Positions 7,930 to 18,759 of a DNA stretch of 64,000 nt are shown piece after piece. The DNA is from an uncultured Planctomycetaceae bacterium (GTDB lineage: Bacteria; Planctomycetota; Planctomycetia; Isosphaerales; Isosphaeraceae): contig CAWIAD010000002.1 of the NCBI GenBank assembly GCA_963833985.1, positions 3,200,001 through 3,264,000 on the forward strand. The letters run 5' to 3'. A program made the position numbers and the translations under genes. Each line of letters starts with the position of its first letter. The stretch's first letter is position 1. The notes below the pieces were generated by a model that was not told the origin of the DNA, did not search any database, and worked only from the letters and a program-made list of their open reading frames with translations.

Positions 7930-10445
7930 ATGAACCAGAGCCGGGCATGCAGCAAGCGGACGGTGGTCTTTTCGGTCGCGGCCGCAGCACTCGGGATTGC
8001 GCTGGGCCTTTCCTCCCAGGTGTGGGCGCAAACGGAAGCCGCGCCATCGCTGAGCCGGTGCATCCCCGCGGAAGGTCTGGGCGCGGTCCTGGTTCACGAG
8101 GGGTCAGGAAGCAACCCCGGCGCCTGGAAGTCGACCTCCTTTCAGAAGATGCTCAACGAGACAACGCTCGGCGCTATGCTCGAGGACGTGCTGGCACAGC
8201 TCGCCGACCATGGATTGCGCTCGGCTCGCCGACTGCCGTTCTCCGGTAAGCAGATCACTGAGCTGGTCACATGGCTGCTCGATCACGGTTTCGCCGTCGC
8301 CGTGCTGGAGAAACCGCAGGTGCGTGGCCCGGCTGGTTATCTCGTCGTGGTGCGAGACGCCAGGCGGAATGAGCTCTTCCGCCGCGTCTTGAAGAGCATC
8401 CCTCCGCTCAATCCGCCGGCCGCGCGGGAGGTCCAGGAGGGGGGTCGCAAGCTCTGGTTGTTCGATAACGGCTTGCTGGGTGGCATCCGCTGGTGGTTCG
8501 AAAAGGACGATTTCGTGTTCCAGCTCGCGGCGAGCGATCGCGGCAACATGATCGCCGCGGCTCTTGACGGCAAGACGCCCAGCGTGCTGAGAGATCCGAA
8601 TTACACGAAGGTCGAGCGGCTTGACGCCGGCGCGGCGCCGCTGGGCAGGCTGTTCGTGAAGCTCTCGGTCTTGCCGCCGATGCCGCCTCGGGCCCACGAG
8701 CTTGGCCTGGATGACATCGAGCGGATCGAGGCGCGCTGGGGGCTCGATGGCAAGAAGACGGTCTTCTCGGTTGGCGTCCAGGCACCGCGGCCCCGGCGCG
8801 GGCTCCTCGCCCTGCTCGAGCAGCCTGCCATCCCGGCCGGAACGAGCATCAGGACAGCCAGGGGGGCCGATGGGTACACGCTGCTGTCGATCGATCCCGT
8901 CAAGACGGCCCAGACAATCATGGCCCTTCTGGAACGGGACGATCCGAATTCCGCCGCACGGATTCAACAACTGGCCGCGTCGTTCCGGGAGCGCAGTGGT
9001 CTGAGCCTGCGCGATGACCTGTTCGCGCACGTCGGGCCGCGGGTCGTCATCCTCCAGCCGGCCGGAAGCTCTCTGGGGAGCATTTTCTCGTTCTGGTTCC
9101 ACCCACCCGACTGGGCGGTAGCCGCCGAGCTGAAGGACGCGAGCGCCTTCGCGGCGACCCTCGATCGGCTGATCGACTTCGCCAACCGCGAGCTCAAACG
9201 CGCGGGGGCGATGGTGCCGTCGAGGGCCGGGCAGACGCTTCTTCCGGGGGCGGAGTTCGCGGAGTTCCGACGCCTGCCGGCTTCCGAGCACGGCTACACC
9301 CTGGCCGTGCCTCCGGCCGTCGTCCCCACTCCCGCGGGCCTGCGGCCGACGATCCTCATCGACTCCGAGCACAAGACGCTCATCCTGGCCGGATCCCCGA
9401 AGGTGGCGCGCGCGGCCCGGTCGGTGGTTGCCTGGAACGGTCCACCGGGCGAGGAGACGTGGGGACGGGAGGCCATGTTTGTTTCCCGTTTCGACCCGAG
9501 TGGGTTGCTCCCCGAACTGCTCTGCAACGTTCCCTCGCTCGTTCAGTTGATCGGCCTGGCCGCCAGCCAGCAGCGGGCACCCGGCGCGCCGCCGGCCATG
9601 CCTGGCCAGGGTGCGAGATCGGCCCTCAGGCTGCAAATCGATCCCGACCGCATTCCCGACCCCGACCAGCTACGAACGTACCTCTTTCCTTCCCATCTTA
9701 CGATCGCGGTCGGCGATGAGTCGATCCGCATGACGTCGACTCAGGCGTTTCCCTTCCCGGCTCCCTCGCTCAACGTGGGCACGGAAATGCCGGTGCTGAT
9801 CGCCCTGCTGCTGCCGGCCGTCCAGGCTGCCCGCGAGGCGGCGCGGCGGGCCCAGTGCACGAACAACATGAAGCTGATCATGCTGGCGATGCACAACTAC
9901 CATTCGGCCACGAACGCCTTCCCGCGCAACATCACCAGCAAGGACGGCAAGCGGCTCCTGAGCTGGCGCGTGGCGATCTTGCCCTACATCGATCAAGCGG
10001 TGCTCTACAGCAAGTTCAAGCTGGACGAGCCCTGGGACAGTCCGCACAACAAGGAGCTCATCCCCGCCATGCCGGGTGTGTTCCAGTGCCCGAGCCGGGG
10101 GACTGGCCCGCCCTTCACCACGACGTACCGCGGCTTCACGGGCCCCGGCGCGTTTTTTGAACCCGGCCGCGACCTGAGCATTGCGGATTTCACGGACGGG
10201 ACCTCAAACACGCTGGCGATCGTCGAGGCCAGGGAGGCCGTTCTCTGGACGATGCCCGACGAGCTCCTCTTCCCGAACCAGGCGGAGGGCGCTCCCTGGG
10301 CGCAGGCTCCGCGCATCCCGGCGGGTTCAACGCGGCCACGGCCGATGGCGCCATCCGCTTCATCAAGATGTCCATCAGCCCGGAGACGCTGAAGGCTCTC
10401 ATCACCCGTAGTGCGGGCGAGGTCATCCGGTCCGACAGCTTGTGA
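7930..10445 (+). CDS. Secreted DUF1559 / H-X9-DG domain protein; 1-nt frameshift near 10295
   Basis: Signal peptide; [53 protein letters not shown]; shifted frame continues [19 protein letters not shown] to TGA 10445. Confidence 0.88.
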
Positions 10446-10487
10446 GCAATCGCCACGCGCAACCGCCTTTTCGAGGACGGAAGCAAC

Positions 10488-11258
10488 ATGTTCCAGCTTG
10501 GCATCGTGACCTACAACATCGCGAAGGACTGGGACCTGCCGACCATTCTGGCCCGGCTTGAAAAGCTCGGCTATGCGGGCGTGGAGCTGCGTACCGGGCA
10601 TGCCCACAAGGTGGAGGTCAGCCTGACGGCGGACGAGCGCTCGGAAGTCCGCAAGCGATTCCAGGACTCCCCGGTGCATCTTGCCGGCCTGGGAAGCGCG
10701 TTCGAATACCAGGCGATGGATCCTGCGGTGGTCCGCCAGAACATCGCTGGCACGAAGGAGTACGTCCGCCTCGCCCACGACATCGGCGCGCCGGGCGTGA
10801 AGGTGCGGCCCAATGGCATTCCTCGCGGTGCGAACCTGGATGCCACGCTCCGGCAGATCGGCCGCTCGCTCCATGAGGTTGCCGAGGATGCCGCCGGCTT
10901 CGGAATTGAGATCCGTGTCGAGGTGCATGGAGCGATCACGCAGGAGCTGAAGCACTTCGCCCGCATCATCACCTACGCCGACCACCCCAACGTCTTCACC
11001 TGCTGGAACTCGAACCCGACGGACGTGCAAGCCGGATCGATCAAGGAGACGTTCGCCCTGGTGGCACGCTCGGTCCGCGAGGTACACCTCCGCGACCTGT
11101 ACGACGCGTCCTATCCCTGGCGCGAGCTCTTCGCCTTGCTGGCGGCTCAGAAGTTCGAGGGCTATACCCTGGCCGAGATTCCCGAGAGCTCCGATCCGGA
11201 GCGCGTCCTGCGCTATTTCAAGGCGCTCTGGTTGAGCGACCAGCCCGCCGCGCGGTGA
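10488..11258 (+). CDS. Sugar phosphate isomerase/epimerase (xylose isomerase-like TIM barrel)
   Basis: GYAGVELR, IRVEVHG, EVHLRD, YTLAE metal-site pattern; GAGG RBS. Confidence 0.85.
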   Translation: MFQLGIVTYNIAKDWDLPTILARLEKLGYAGVELRTGHAHKVEVSLTADERSEVRKRFQDSPVHLAGLGSAFEYQAMDPAVVRQNIAGTKEYVRLAHDIGAPGVKVRPNGIPRGANLDATLRQIGRSLHEVAEDAAGFGIEIRVEVHGAITQELKHFARIITYADHPNVFTCWNSNPTDVQAGSIKETFALVARSVREVHLRDLYDASYPWRELFALLAAQKFEGYTLAEIPESSDPERVLRYFKALWLSDQPAAR

Positions 11259-11311
11259 TGGCGCGGGACCTGCCGCGGTCACCGCCTTGAACCAGGGCCG
11301 TGTTGCCGCAC

Positions 11312-12031
11312 TCAGCGTTCCGCCCAGTGCCTGAGCAAGAGAAACAAGGCCAGCAGCGCAGGGAGGCCGATGGCGATCAAGAACAGCAGGCTCCGCCGCA
11401 GTGCGTCTCCCTCGTCGGCGAGATCCGCGCGATCCGGTTCCGCTGCCTGGGGCGCGTCATCTCCACTGCCATTGACCTCGTCCTCGACCTCGTCCTCGTC
11501 CTCAGGCTCCAAGTCCAGTTCCGCGGCGAGGGCTGTCCAGGTTTGCGCGAGGATGATCCGCGCCTCGCCGGTGTATCGCTCCGGCACCTTCAACGGGACT
11601 CCCCGACCGTGTGCATGGTACAGGGACGGGGCGCCCATGTACCCTTCATCCAGCAGGGTTGGAATTCCCTCGGCCTCAAGCCTGATGCGCGGCGCCTGCG
11701 CGGCCAGCGAGCTGGAGCAATGGCAGACCGTGACCCAGTGGACAGGAGCCTCGAGCCGTTCGAGGAGCAACGGCGGACCCTGCTCGTCCAGTGGCAAGTC
11801 GTGCTTGGGGCAGGACGTGCCGGCGGCCAGCAGCCAGAAATCCTCACAGACCGGACAGTATCCCTGCCGGATCAGCCGATCGCCGCAGGCCGGACAGAGG
11901 CCCTCTCGCACCCCGGCAGCCGCGGGTGTGCGACAGCCGGGACAGAAGAGGGGACCGCGCCCAGTGCCCGACTGTGATTGTGAGGAAGAGAAGGGGCCAA
12001 TCATCACGAATCGTTCTCGAGGGGAAGTCAA
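11312..12031 (-). CDS. Zinc-ribbon plus DUF2007-like protein with C-terminal membrane anchor
   Basis: CPGC, CPAC, CPVC, CPKH; AQAPRIRLEAEGIP..GVPLKVP..EARIIL; acidic linker; hydrophobic C-terminal helix. Start uncertain. Confidence 0.65.
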   Translation of the reverse strand: MTSPRERFVMIGPFSSSQSQSGTGRGPLFCPGCRTPAAAGVREGLCPACGDRLIRQGYCPVCEDFWLLAAGTSCPKHDLPLDEQGPPLLLERLEAPVHWVTVCHCSSSLAAQAPRIRLEAEGIPTLLDEGYMGAPSLYHAHGRGVPLKVPERYTGEARIILAQTWTALAAELDLEPEDEDEVEDEVNGSGDDAPQAAEPDRADLADEGDALRRSLLFLIAIGLPALLALFLLLRHWAER

Positions 12032-12159
12032 AGCGGGCCGAAAACGGACCGGTGCCGCGGCATATCAGGAAGCATGCGAATGTAATCTGGCAGAGCACCT
12101 GAAGCCAGGGTTCTTCTGGACAAGGTGACCGGCATGCACGAATACCCCCGCATCGAGGA

Positions 12160-12188
12160 TTGACAGGCATGCCGATCTTCCCTACAGT
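12160..12188 (+). promoter_or_regulatory. Sigma70-type promoter TTGACA-N17-TACAGT
   Basis: Perfect -35 at 12160-12165, 17-nt spacer, -10 at 12183-12188, upstream of ORF 12226 and the RND locus. Confidence 0.65.
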
Positions 12189-12225
12189 TCAGTAGGTACC
12201 GGTCATCCTCAGTACTCGAGGCCCG

Positions 12226-12573
12226 ATGATTCGTTCAGACCTCGACCATATCCTGTTTCGATCCGCGATCTCCATTGCATTGGTCGCCGCGCTCTCCCTA
12301 TCGCCAATGCATGCCGAGAATGGTCTCAGTGCCAGCACCCTGCGGCGTCACTTCGCGCTGCCCGCCAAGAGCCTTTCGCCACTGGCGGCCTCTTCGCACC
12401 TTTCCGGGCTGGCTCGCCTGAAGGCCATCTCCAGGCATGAGCAAATGGAGCGGAACGGCTCTCACGGGCCGCGCACCATTCGCCTCGTGTCCACGCCGTC
12501 TCGCACCTTGCGAAGTTATCAGGACGTCACATTCGCGGAGTTCGGCAACGACCACTATCCCCTCCGCTGTTAG
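12226..12573 (+). CDS. Small putative exported protein ending in PLRC, leading the efflux locus
   Basis: GAGG RBS, hydrophobic N-terminus, located right after the promoter; C-terminal YPLRC. Confidence 0.5.
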   Translation: MIRSDLDHILFRSAISIALVAALSLSPMHAENGLSASTLRRHFALPAKSLSPLAASSHLSGLARLKAISRHEQMERNGSHGPRTIRLVSTPSRTLRSYQDVTFAEFGNDHYPLRC

Positions 12574-13023
12574 ATCAACCCTGCGGGCTGAAGTCACTGA
12601 TCGATAATTCAATCGATGCATTTCCTCAGGCATGCCATGCCATGCCAGCAGCGACGCACTCCGACAGGCGCCCCGCCACGGGTCGTGCGCACGTTCTGCT
12701 TTGAGTGGCACGGATCTCGCCTCAGGTGACTGCGCACTGGCTTCGTGAACGGTCGAGCTGCTCATCCGCCGCGCCGCACCCGCTCTCCTTCTCTGCGAGA
12801 GGGACTCCGGGGTGACGCGTACGATGGCGGCACCGCGTCCAGGGCCGCGGCTCCTGGCGGAGCGGTTCGCACGGGCCAGTGCCGGGCACACGGGCTGGTT
12901 TTCGTAGTTTGTTTGTGAACCTGTAACGACAGCGGATCACGGCTGCTCCGTCTCCGGGAACGTGCAGGCCGCGGGGAGTCGCGGCCAGGGCATGCGGCGA
13001 GTCCTTTGGGAGTCACTCTGTCC

Positions 13024-16000
13024 ATGAATCCAACCGTATTTGCCATGCGGCGTCCCGTGACGACCATGATGATGGTCGTGGCGCTCATCAGCGGGGGCGT
13101 CCTCGCTTACAGCCGCATGCGCGTCGACATCTTTCCCTCGCTCAACACACCAAAAATCTACGTCTTTCTCGACTACATCGGCATGAGTCCGGACCAGGTC
13201 GAGGGCTTCATCGTCAACCAGCTGGAACTCTACTTCCAGTACGTGGATGGCATCCAGGACATCAATACCCGGAACATCCAGCAGGTGGCGCTCTGTGAAC
13301 TGTCGTTCTTTCCCGGCACCGACATGGGCCAGGCAATGGCTCAGGTGGTAGCGATGTCCGACCGGGCCATGTCGTGGATGCCCAAGGGGACGTTGCCGCC
13401 GATGATCATGCGCATGGACGCCGGCAGCGTGCCGGTGGGCTACCTGGTCTTCGAGAGCAAGGAGACGTCCCTGGGGGCGATGGGGGACCTGGCGCAGAAC
13501 GTGGTGCGGCCGCTGGTGCAGAAGTTTGTGCCCGGCACGGTGGCGATCTCGCCGTTCGGCCCGAACATGCGGTCCATCGTCATCAATGTCGATCCGAACA
13601 AGCTACTGGACTACAACGTCACGCCGCAGCAAATCATCACCGCCCTGTCGAAGGGGAACACGATCATTCCGGCGGGGAACATTTACATCAAGGATTCCAT
13701 GCCGGTGGTCGCCAACAATGCGACCGTGGTGGACATCAAGCGTCTGGGAGACATTCCGGTCAAGCTAGGGCTGAACGTTTACCTGCGCGACGTGGCAACG
13801 TTCTCGGATGACACCGACATCACCTACGGCTACGCGCTGGTCAACGGCAAGAAGTCGGTGTACTTGCCGATCATCAAGAAAGACACCGGCTCGACCCTCA
13901 CGGTCGTGGCCGACGTTCACAGGTCGATGCAGCTCTTCCGCGACGCGGTGCCCAAGGACGTGACGGTGAACTTCGAGTTCGACGAATCGCCCACGGTGGT
14001 CGCCGCGGTGGAGAGCGTCGCCACCGAGGGATTGATCGGCGCGGGTCTGACGGGGCTGATGATCCTCCTGTTCCTTAAGGACTGGAGGAGCGTGCTGGTC
14101 GTGGTATCGAACATCCCGCTGGCCCTGCTCGGCTCGCTGTTCGGGCTCTGGGTGACGGGCAACACCATCAACATCATGTCGCTGGGCGGCATGGCGCTGG
14201 CCATCGGCATCCTCGTGGACGAGTCCACCGTGACCGTGGAATGTATTCACGTGCAGATGGAACATACGCAGAATATAGCGTCGGCCGTGCTCCACGGCAG
14301 CTTGATCACGGCAGTGCCCCGGCTGCTGGCCCTGCTGTGCATCCTCTCTGTGTTCATACCGGCGTTCATCATGGCCGACCCGTTGCGGTCTCTGTTCATG
14401 CCCCTGACCCTGGGCGTGGGCTTTGCCATGATCTCGTCGTATCTCCTCTCCAGCACGTTCGTGCCGATCATGTGCGTGACCTTGCTGCGGCACATGGGTC
14501 ATCACGATGAGGAAGCGGGATTCTTCGGTAAGATCCTGCACGTCTATCGCAAGCTGGTGAACGCGTTCGTGCGTGCCCGCTGGCTCCTGGTGCCGGGATA
14601 TCTCGCAGCTTGCGGACTCATCCTCTGGCTGCTGGGGTTGCAGGTCGGCAAGGAGCTCTTCCCGCAGATCGATTCGGGACAGTTCGTGCTGCGGTTCCGG
14701 CCTCCGCCGGGCTCGAACTTCGAGCTCACCCGGCAGATGGCCGTGAAGTGCCTGGAAGAGATCGAGCGCGAGGCGAAGCCCGAGAACATCCAGATCACGA
14801 TGGGTTTCGTGGGTCAGGTGGCGCCGAACTTCGGCATCGATAACATGGTGCTGTTCATGCGCGGGCCCGACGACGGCCAGCTACGCGTGGCCTTGCGGGA
14901 AGAGAGTGGAATCAAGCTGGACCGGTTCCGGGAGAAACTGCGCAAGGTGCTTCCCGAGCGCGTGATCCCCTGGCTGGCCCAGCGGCTGGAGCAGGGGGGC
15001 CTGTCGAAGAACGACGCCCTGATCGAGGCCAAGAAGTCGACCTTCGGTTTCGAGCCCGGCGACATCGTGACCAACGTCATGAGCTTCGGCTCGGCCAAGC
15101 CCATCGCGGTGCGCGTGGTCGGCACCGACCTGAAGATGGTGCGGCAGCACGCCGAGAAGATCGCCGCCGAGATGAAGCGCATCCCGTTCTTGCGGGACGT
15201 TGAGTTCCAGCAGACGCTCGATTACCCCACCGTCGAGGTGGAGATCGATCGCGAGAAGGCGGGCCTCAGCGGTGCCAGCGTCGAGGACGTGGCGCACGCC
15301 CTGGTCATGGCCACGGCCTCCACCCGCTTCGCCAACCTGAACTACTGGGTGGACGTCAAGACGGGCTTTGACTACCTGGTCCAGATCCAGATTCCGCCCC
15401 TCCGCATGAACAAGGCGGAGGACGTGGAGACGCTGCCGCTGGAATCGGTCAATCCACTGGTGAACCTGATGATCCGGGACGTGGCGAAGGTGCGCCAGGG
15501 CGTTCGCCCCGGCGAGCTCGACCGCGACATGTCCCAGCGTTACCTGACGCTGGTGGCCAACGTGGAAGGCGAGGACATGGGCCGGGCGTCGGACCAGGTG
15601 GCGCAGGCGATTGCCACGGCTGGTGAACCGCCCCGCGGAGTCCGCGTCGAGCCGATGGGTCAGTTGCCGCCCATGCTGGAGATGTTCAAGGCCTTGTATG
15701 TGGGAATGGGAGTGGCGGTGTTCGTGATCTTCGTGCTGCTCACGGCCTACTTCCAGTCGCCCCGGCTGGCCCTGATCTCCATCGGCGCCGTCCCCGGCGT
15801 GCTGGCCGGCATCGCGACCATGCTTTACTTCACCAACACCTCGCTGAACATCGAGTCGTTCATGGGTTCGATCATGAGCCTGGGCGTCTCGGTTTCCAAC
15901 TCGGTCATGCTGGTCACGTTCATGGACGAACACTGGAAAGGCGGGGCGCCGGCGACCAAGGCGGCCATCCTGGGCGCCGGCGACCGACTGCGGCCGATTC

Positions 16001-16512
16001 TCATGACGGCCTGTGCCATGACGGTGGGTATGGTGCCCATGGCGCTGGCGCTGGAACGAGGCAGCCAGATGCAGGCCCCGCTGGGACTGGCGGTGATCGG
16101 CGGACTGGTGATGTCCACCTTCGCTACCCTGCTGGTGCTCCCCTCGATCTTCTCGGTGGTGATCGGCCGCAGCGCCTACCGCTCGCCGTCCATCTATCCG
16201 GATGACCGTGAGAGCGTGCACTACGACCCGCGGGTGTTTGCCGACGAGGTCGACCATGGCGAGGAGGCCGAGTCGTCTGCCCACGAGGTGGTGAAGCACC
16301 ACACGGTGGACGAGCTTCTCGGGTTCCTCAGGAGCATCCTGCACGAGGTCCGCTCGAAGCGGCATGACATGCTCACCCACCACACCGTGGACGATCTGCT
16401 GCACACCCTCGGCTTCACCAAGGAGCATCCGGATGCTGCCGGGCCCGAGGAGTTCAATGGTGGCGAGGATTCAGGTTCCGATCCACACGGTGCGCCACGC
16501 GTACCCCACTGA
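13024..16512 (+). CDS. RND efflux permease, copy 1 (AcrB/CusA superfamily)
   Basis: MRVDIFP, NTINIMSLGGMALAIGILVDE, ELFPQIDSGQF, RLRPILMT, QAPLGLAVIGGL; start at ATG 13024. Confidence 0.95.
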   Translation: MNPTVFAMRRPVTTMMMVVALISGGVLAYSRMRVDIFPSLNTPKIYVFLDYIGMSPDQVEGFIVNQLELYFQYVDGIQDINTRNIQQVALCELSFFPGTDMGQAMAQVVAMSDRAMSWMPKGTLPPMIMRMDAGSVPVGYLVFESKETSLGAMGDLAQNVVRPLVQKFVPGTVAISPFGPNMRSIVINVDPNKLLDYNVTPQQIITALSKGNTIIPAGNIYIKDSMPVVANNATVVDIKRLGDIPVKLGLNVYLRDVATFSDDTDITYGYALVNGKKSVYLPIIKKDTGSTLTVVADVHRSMQLFRDAVPKDVTVNFEFDESPTVVAAVESVATEGLIGAGLTGLMILLFLKDWRSVLVVVSNIPLALLGSLFGLWVTGNTINIMSLGGMALAIGILVDESTVTVECIHVQMEHTQNIASAVLHGSLITAVPRLLALLCILSVFIPAFIMADPLRSLFMPLTLGVGFAMISSYLLSSTFVPIMCVTLLRHMGHHDEEAGFFGKILHVYRKLVNAFVRARWLLVPGYLAACGLILWLLGLQVGKELFPQIDSGQFVLRFRPPPGSNFELTRQMAVKCLEEIEREAKPENIQITMGFVGQVAPNFGIDNMVLFMRGPDDGQLRVALREESGIKLDRFREKLRKVLPERVIPWLAQRLEQGGLSKNDALIEAKKSTFGFEPGDIVTNVMSFGSAKPIAVRVVGTDLKMVRQHAEKIAAEMKRIPFLRDVEFQQTLDYPTVEVEIDREKAGLSGASVEDVAHALVMATASTRFANLNYWVDVKTGFDYLVQIQIPPLRMNKAEDVETLPLESVNPLVNLMIRDVAKVRQGVRPGELDRDMSQRYLTLVANVEGEDMGRASDQVAQAIATAGEPPRGVRVEPMGQLPPMLEMFKALYVGMGVAVFVIFVLLTAYFQSPRLALISIGAVPGVLAGIATMLYFTNTSLNIESFMGSIMSLGVSVSNSVMLVTFMDEHWKGGAPATKAAILGAGDRLRPILMTACAMTVGMVPMALALERGSQMQAPLGLAVIGGLVMSTFATLLVLPSIFSVVIGRSAYRSPSIYPDDRESVHYDPRVFADEVDHGEEAESSAHEVVKHHTVDELLGFLRSILHEVRSKRHDMLTHHTVDDLLHTLGFTKEHPDAAGPEEFNGGEDSGSDPHGAPRVPH

Positions 16513-16630
16513 TCTGGAGATCTCCATGTATTTCCAGCATGCCAGGCAAAAGACGCTGTTGCGGTTACACATTGGAAAGATGTTCGGGGCGGTCGCCCGT
16601 GTGCACCGCCCATTCCTCTGGAGGTCCCTG

Positions 16631-18126
16631 ATGAATCGAGTTGCCACGTGCTTCGTTCGTGAACGCTGCCTGGGTTTACGCCCGGTGGCATGTCTTGCGC
16701 TGTTCCTAGCCGCGGTGCCAGGCTGCGGATCTCATGAAAAGGCCGATGGCAAGAGCGTCGCTGAGCCGCCCACCGTGCGGATCGTGCAGCCCGAGGTGCG
16801 CAAGATCGTGCGGGAAGTCGGCCAGCCCAGCTTCATCGAGTCGTTCGAACGAACCTCGATCTATCCCAAGCTCACGGCGTACATCGATCACTGGATCGCC
16901 GACATCGGCGACAAGGTGAAGAAGGGGGACGTTCTGGCCACGCTCTTCGTGCCCGAGCTGGTGGAGGATTTCGGCACCAAGAACGCCACCGTCCAGCTTG
17001 ACGTGGAACGCGTGGACCTTGCCACCAAGATGGTGCAGGTGGCCTCGGCGGACGTACAGGCTGCCGAGGCGCGGCTGGTGGAGGCGAAAGCGATCCTGGC
17101 CAAGTACGAGGCCGAAGTCGATCGCTGGGACACCGAGGTCAAGCGGCTCACGCACGAGGTCAGGCAGGGCGTCGTCGATCCGCAGATCCTCCTGGAATCC
17201 ACCAACCAGTGGAAGTCGGCCTCGGCTTCGAGAGACGCGGCGAAAGCCAGCATCGCCAAGGCGGACGCACAACTGCTTTCCAGGAGGGCCACTCTGGCCA
17301 AGACGCGGGTGGACGTCTCGGTGGCCAAGGCCGACCTGGCGGTGGCCACCAGCGAGGCCAAGCGGATCGAAGCGTGGGTCGGCTACCTCACGCTCACCGC
17401 GCCCTTCGACGGGGTCGTGGTGTCCCGGAACGCCAACACGTTTGACTTCGTCCTGCCGTCCTCGGGAGATCCGACCACGGACATCCGTGCTTCGCACCTT
17501 TCGCCCTCCGGAAACGCCGCTCCGATCTACGTCGTCGACCGGACCGACAAGGTACGCATCTTCGTGGATATTCCCGAGCAAGACGCCAATTCAGTGATGG
17601 TCGGCACCAAGGCGAGCGTGCTGGCGCGGGCGTACCGCGACGAGCCGATCGTCGGCACCGTGACGCGCACCTCGTGGGCGCTGAATGTCAAGAGCCGCAC
17701 GCTGCGCGCCGAGGTCGACCTGCCCAACCCCGGCGGACAGCTCTTGCCCGGTATGTACGCCTACGCGAACGTGATCATCGATGCCCGGGGGTTCGTGCCC
17801 TGCCGGTCTCGGCGCTGATGCACAGCGGCGACCAGACCTTCTGCTGGCTGTACCAGGACGGCCATGCCCGGCGCGTCGAGATCCAGACCGGCGTCAGCGA
17901 CGGCGAATGGATCGAGGTCACCAACCTGGAGCGGCCCAGGGCAAAACCCACGGACCACCCCTGGAAGCGAATCAACGGATCGGAGCAGGTGATCCTGGGC
18001 GACCTGTCGACCCTGGCCGACGGCGCACCCGTGAAGGTGGCGTCGGCACAGGGGCAGACGGAAGTCGCCAGCACAGCAAACCCGCTTGAAACGGCGACTC
18101 CGCCCGTGGCGGGGATCCGCGAGTGA
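16631..18126 (+). CDS. RND periplasmic adaptor, copy 1 (lipoprotein); 1-nt frameshift near 17782
   Basis: GGAGG RBS; lipobox-like AVPGC; DIGDKVKKGDVLA, LTAPFDGVV, SRTLRAEVDLPN, LLPGMY; continues PGVRALPVSAL in the shifted frame, colinear with copy 2. Confidence 0.9.
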
Positions 18127-18139
18127 ACTCATCAACCCT

Positions 18140-18280
18140 GGGCGGTTTTCTGACGGTTGCAGGCCGTTTCTGAGTTGTGAAAGGGGGGGCAGACATTCCT
18201 GTCTGCCAGGGCAGGCCTGCTCCGGCAGGCAGGAATGCCTGCCCCCCGGTCTCAGTCTGCGATCCGAGTGAAAACCGCTC
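18140..18280. mobile_element. MITE/REP-like element, family A copy 1
   Basis: Terminal inverted repeats GCGGTTTTC / GAAAACCGC enclosing palindromes GGCAGACATTCCTGTCTGCC and GGCAGGCAGGAATGCCTGCC; near-identical copy at 44739-44880. Confidence 0.8.
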
Positions 18281-18759
18281 AAGCCCGCCATCGGCTCCCA
18301 TCGAGACAACCTCGGTGGGTGCCGACCCGCGAAGTCCGCGAAGAATGCGGCCATGGCGGCCTTATTCCGCACGCGAACCCATCGGCCAGTGACTCCGAGG
18401 AACTCCGGATGGGCGTCTATCCCGAGTTACTGGAAGAGTTCATCTCTCCCCTGTCGAAGGCGCGCGATTGCTGGCCCGGACGGAAGCGCGAACCGGATCA
18501 TTCCCATGTCGACGTCACGAGCTGCGCGGCGTCACCTGATGTCATCCCGGGCGGAACAGCGAATTCTTCCCGATATCGGCTGTACCCACTTGCCAGCAGT
18601 CATCCAACGGTGTCTAAACAAGGAGAGGCAAATCACGTCCATGCTTTATCGTGAAAATATCTTAATGAACCAAAGGGTACACACCTTCACTCTCGTGCGA
18701 CCGGCGCGCTTTCGGCGTGAGTAGATCTCACGCGAGCGAGCCGGTTGGGGGATCGCTTC

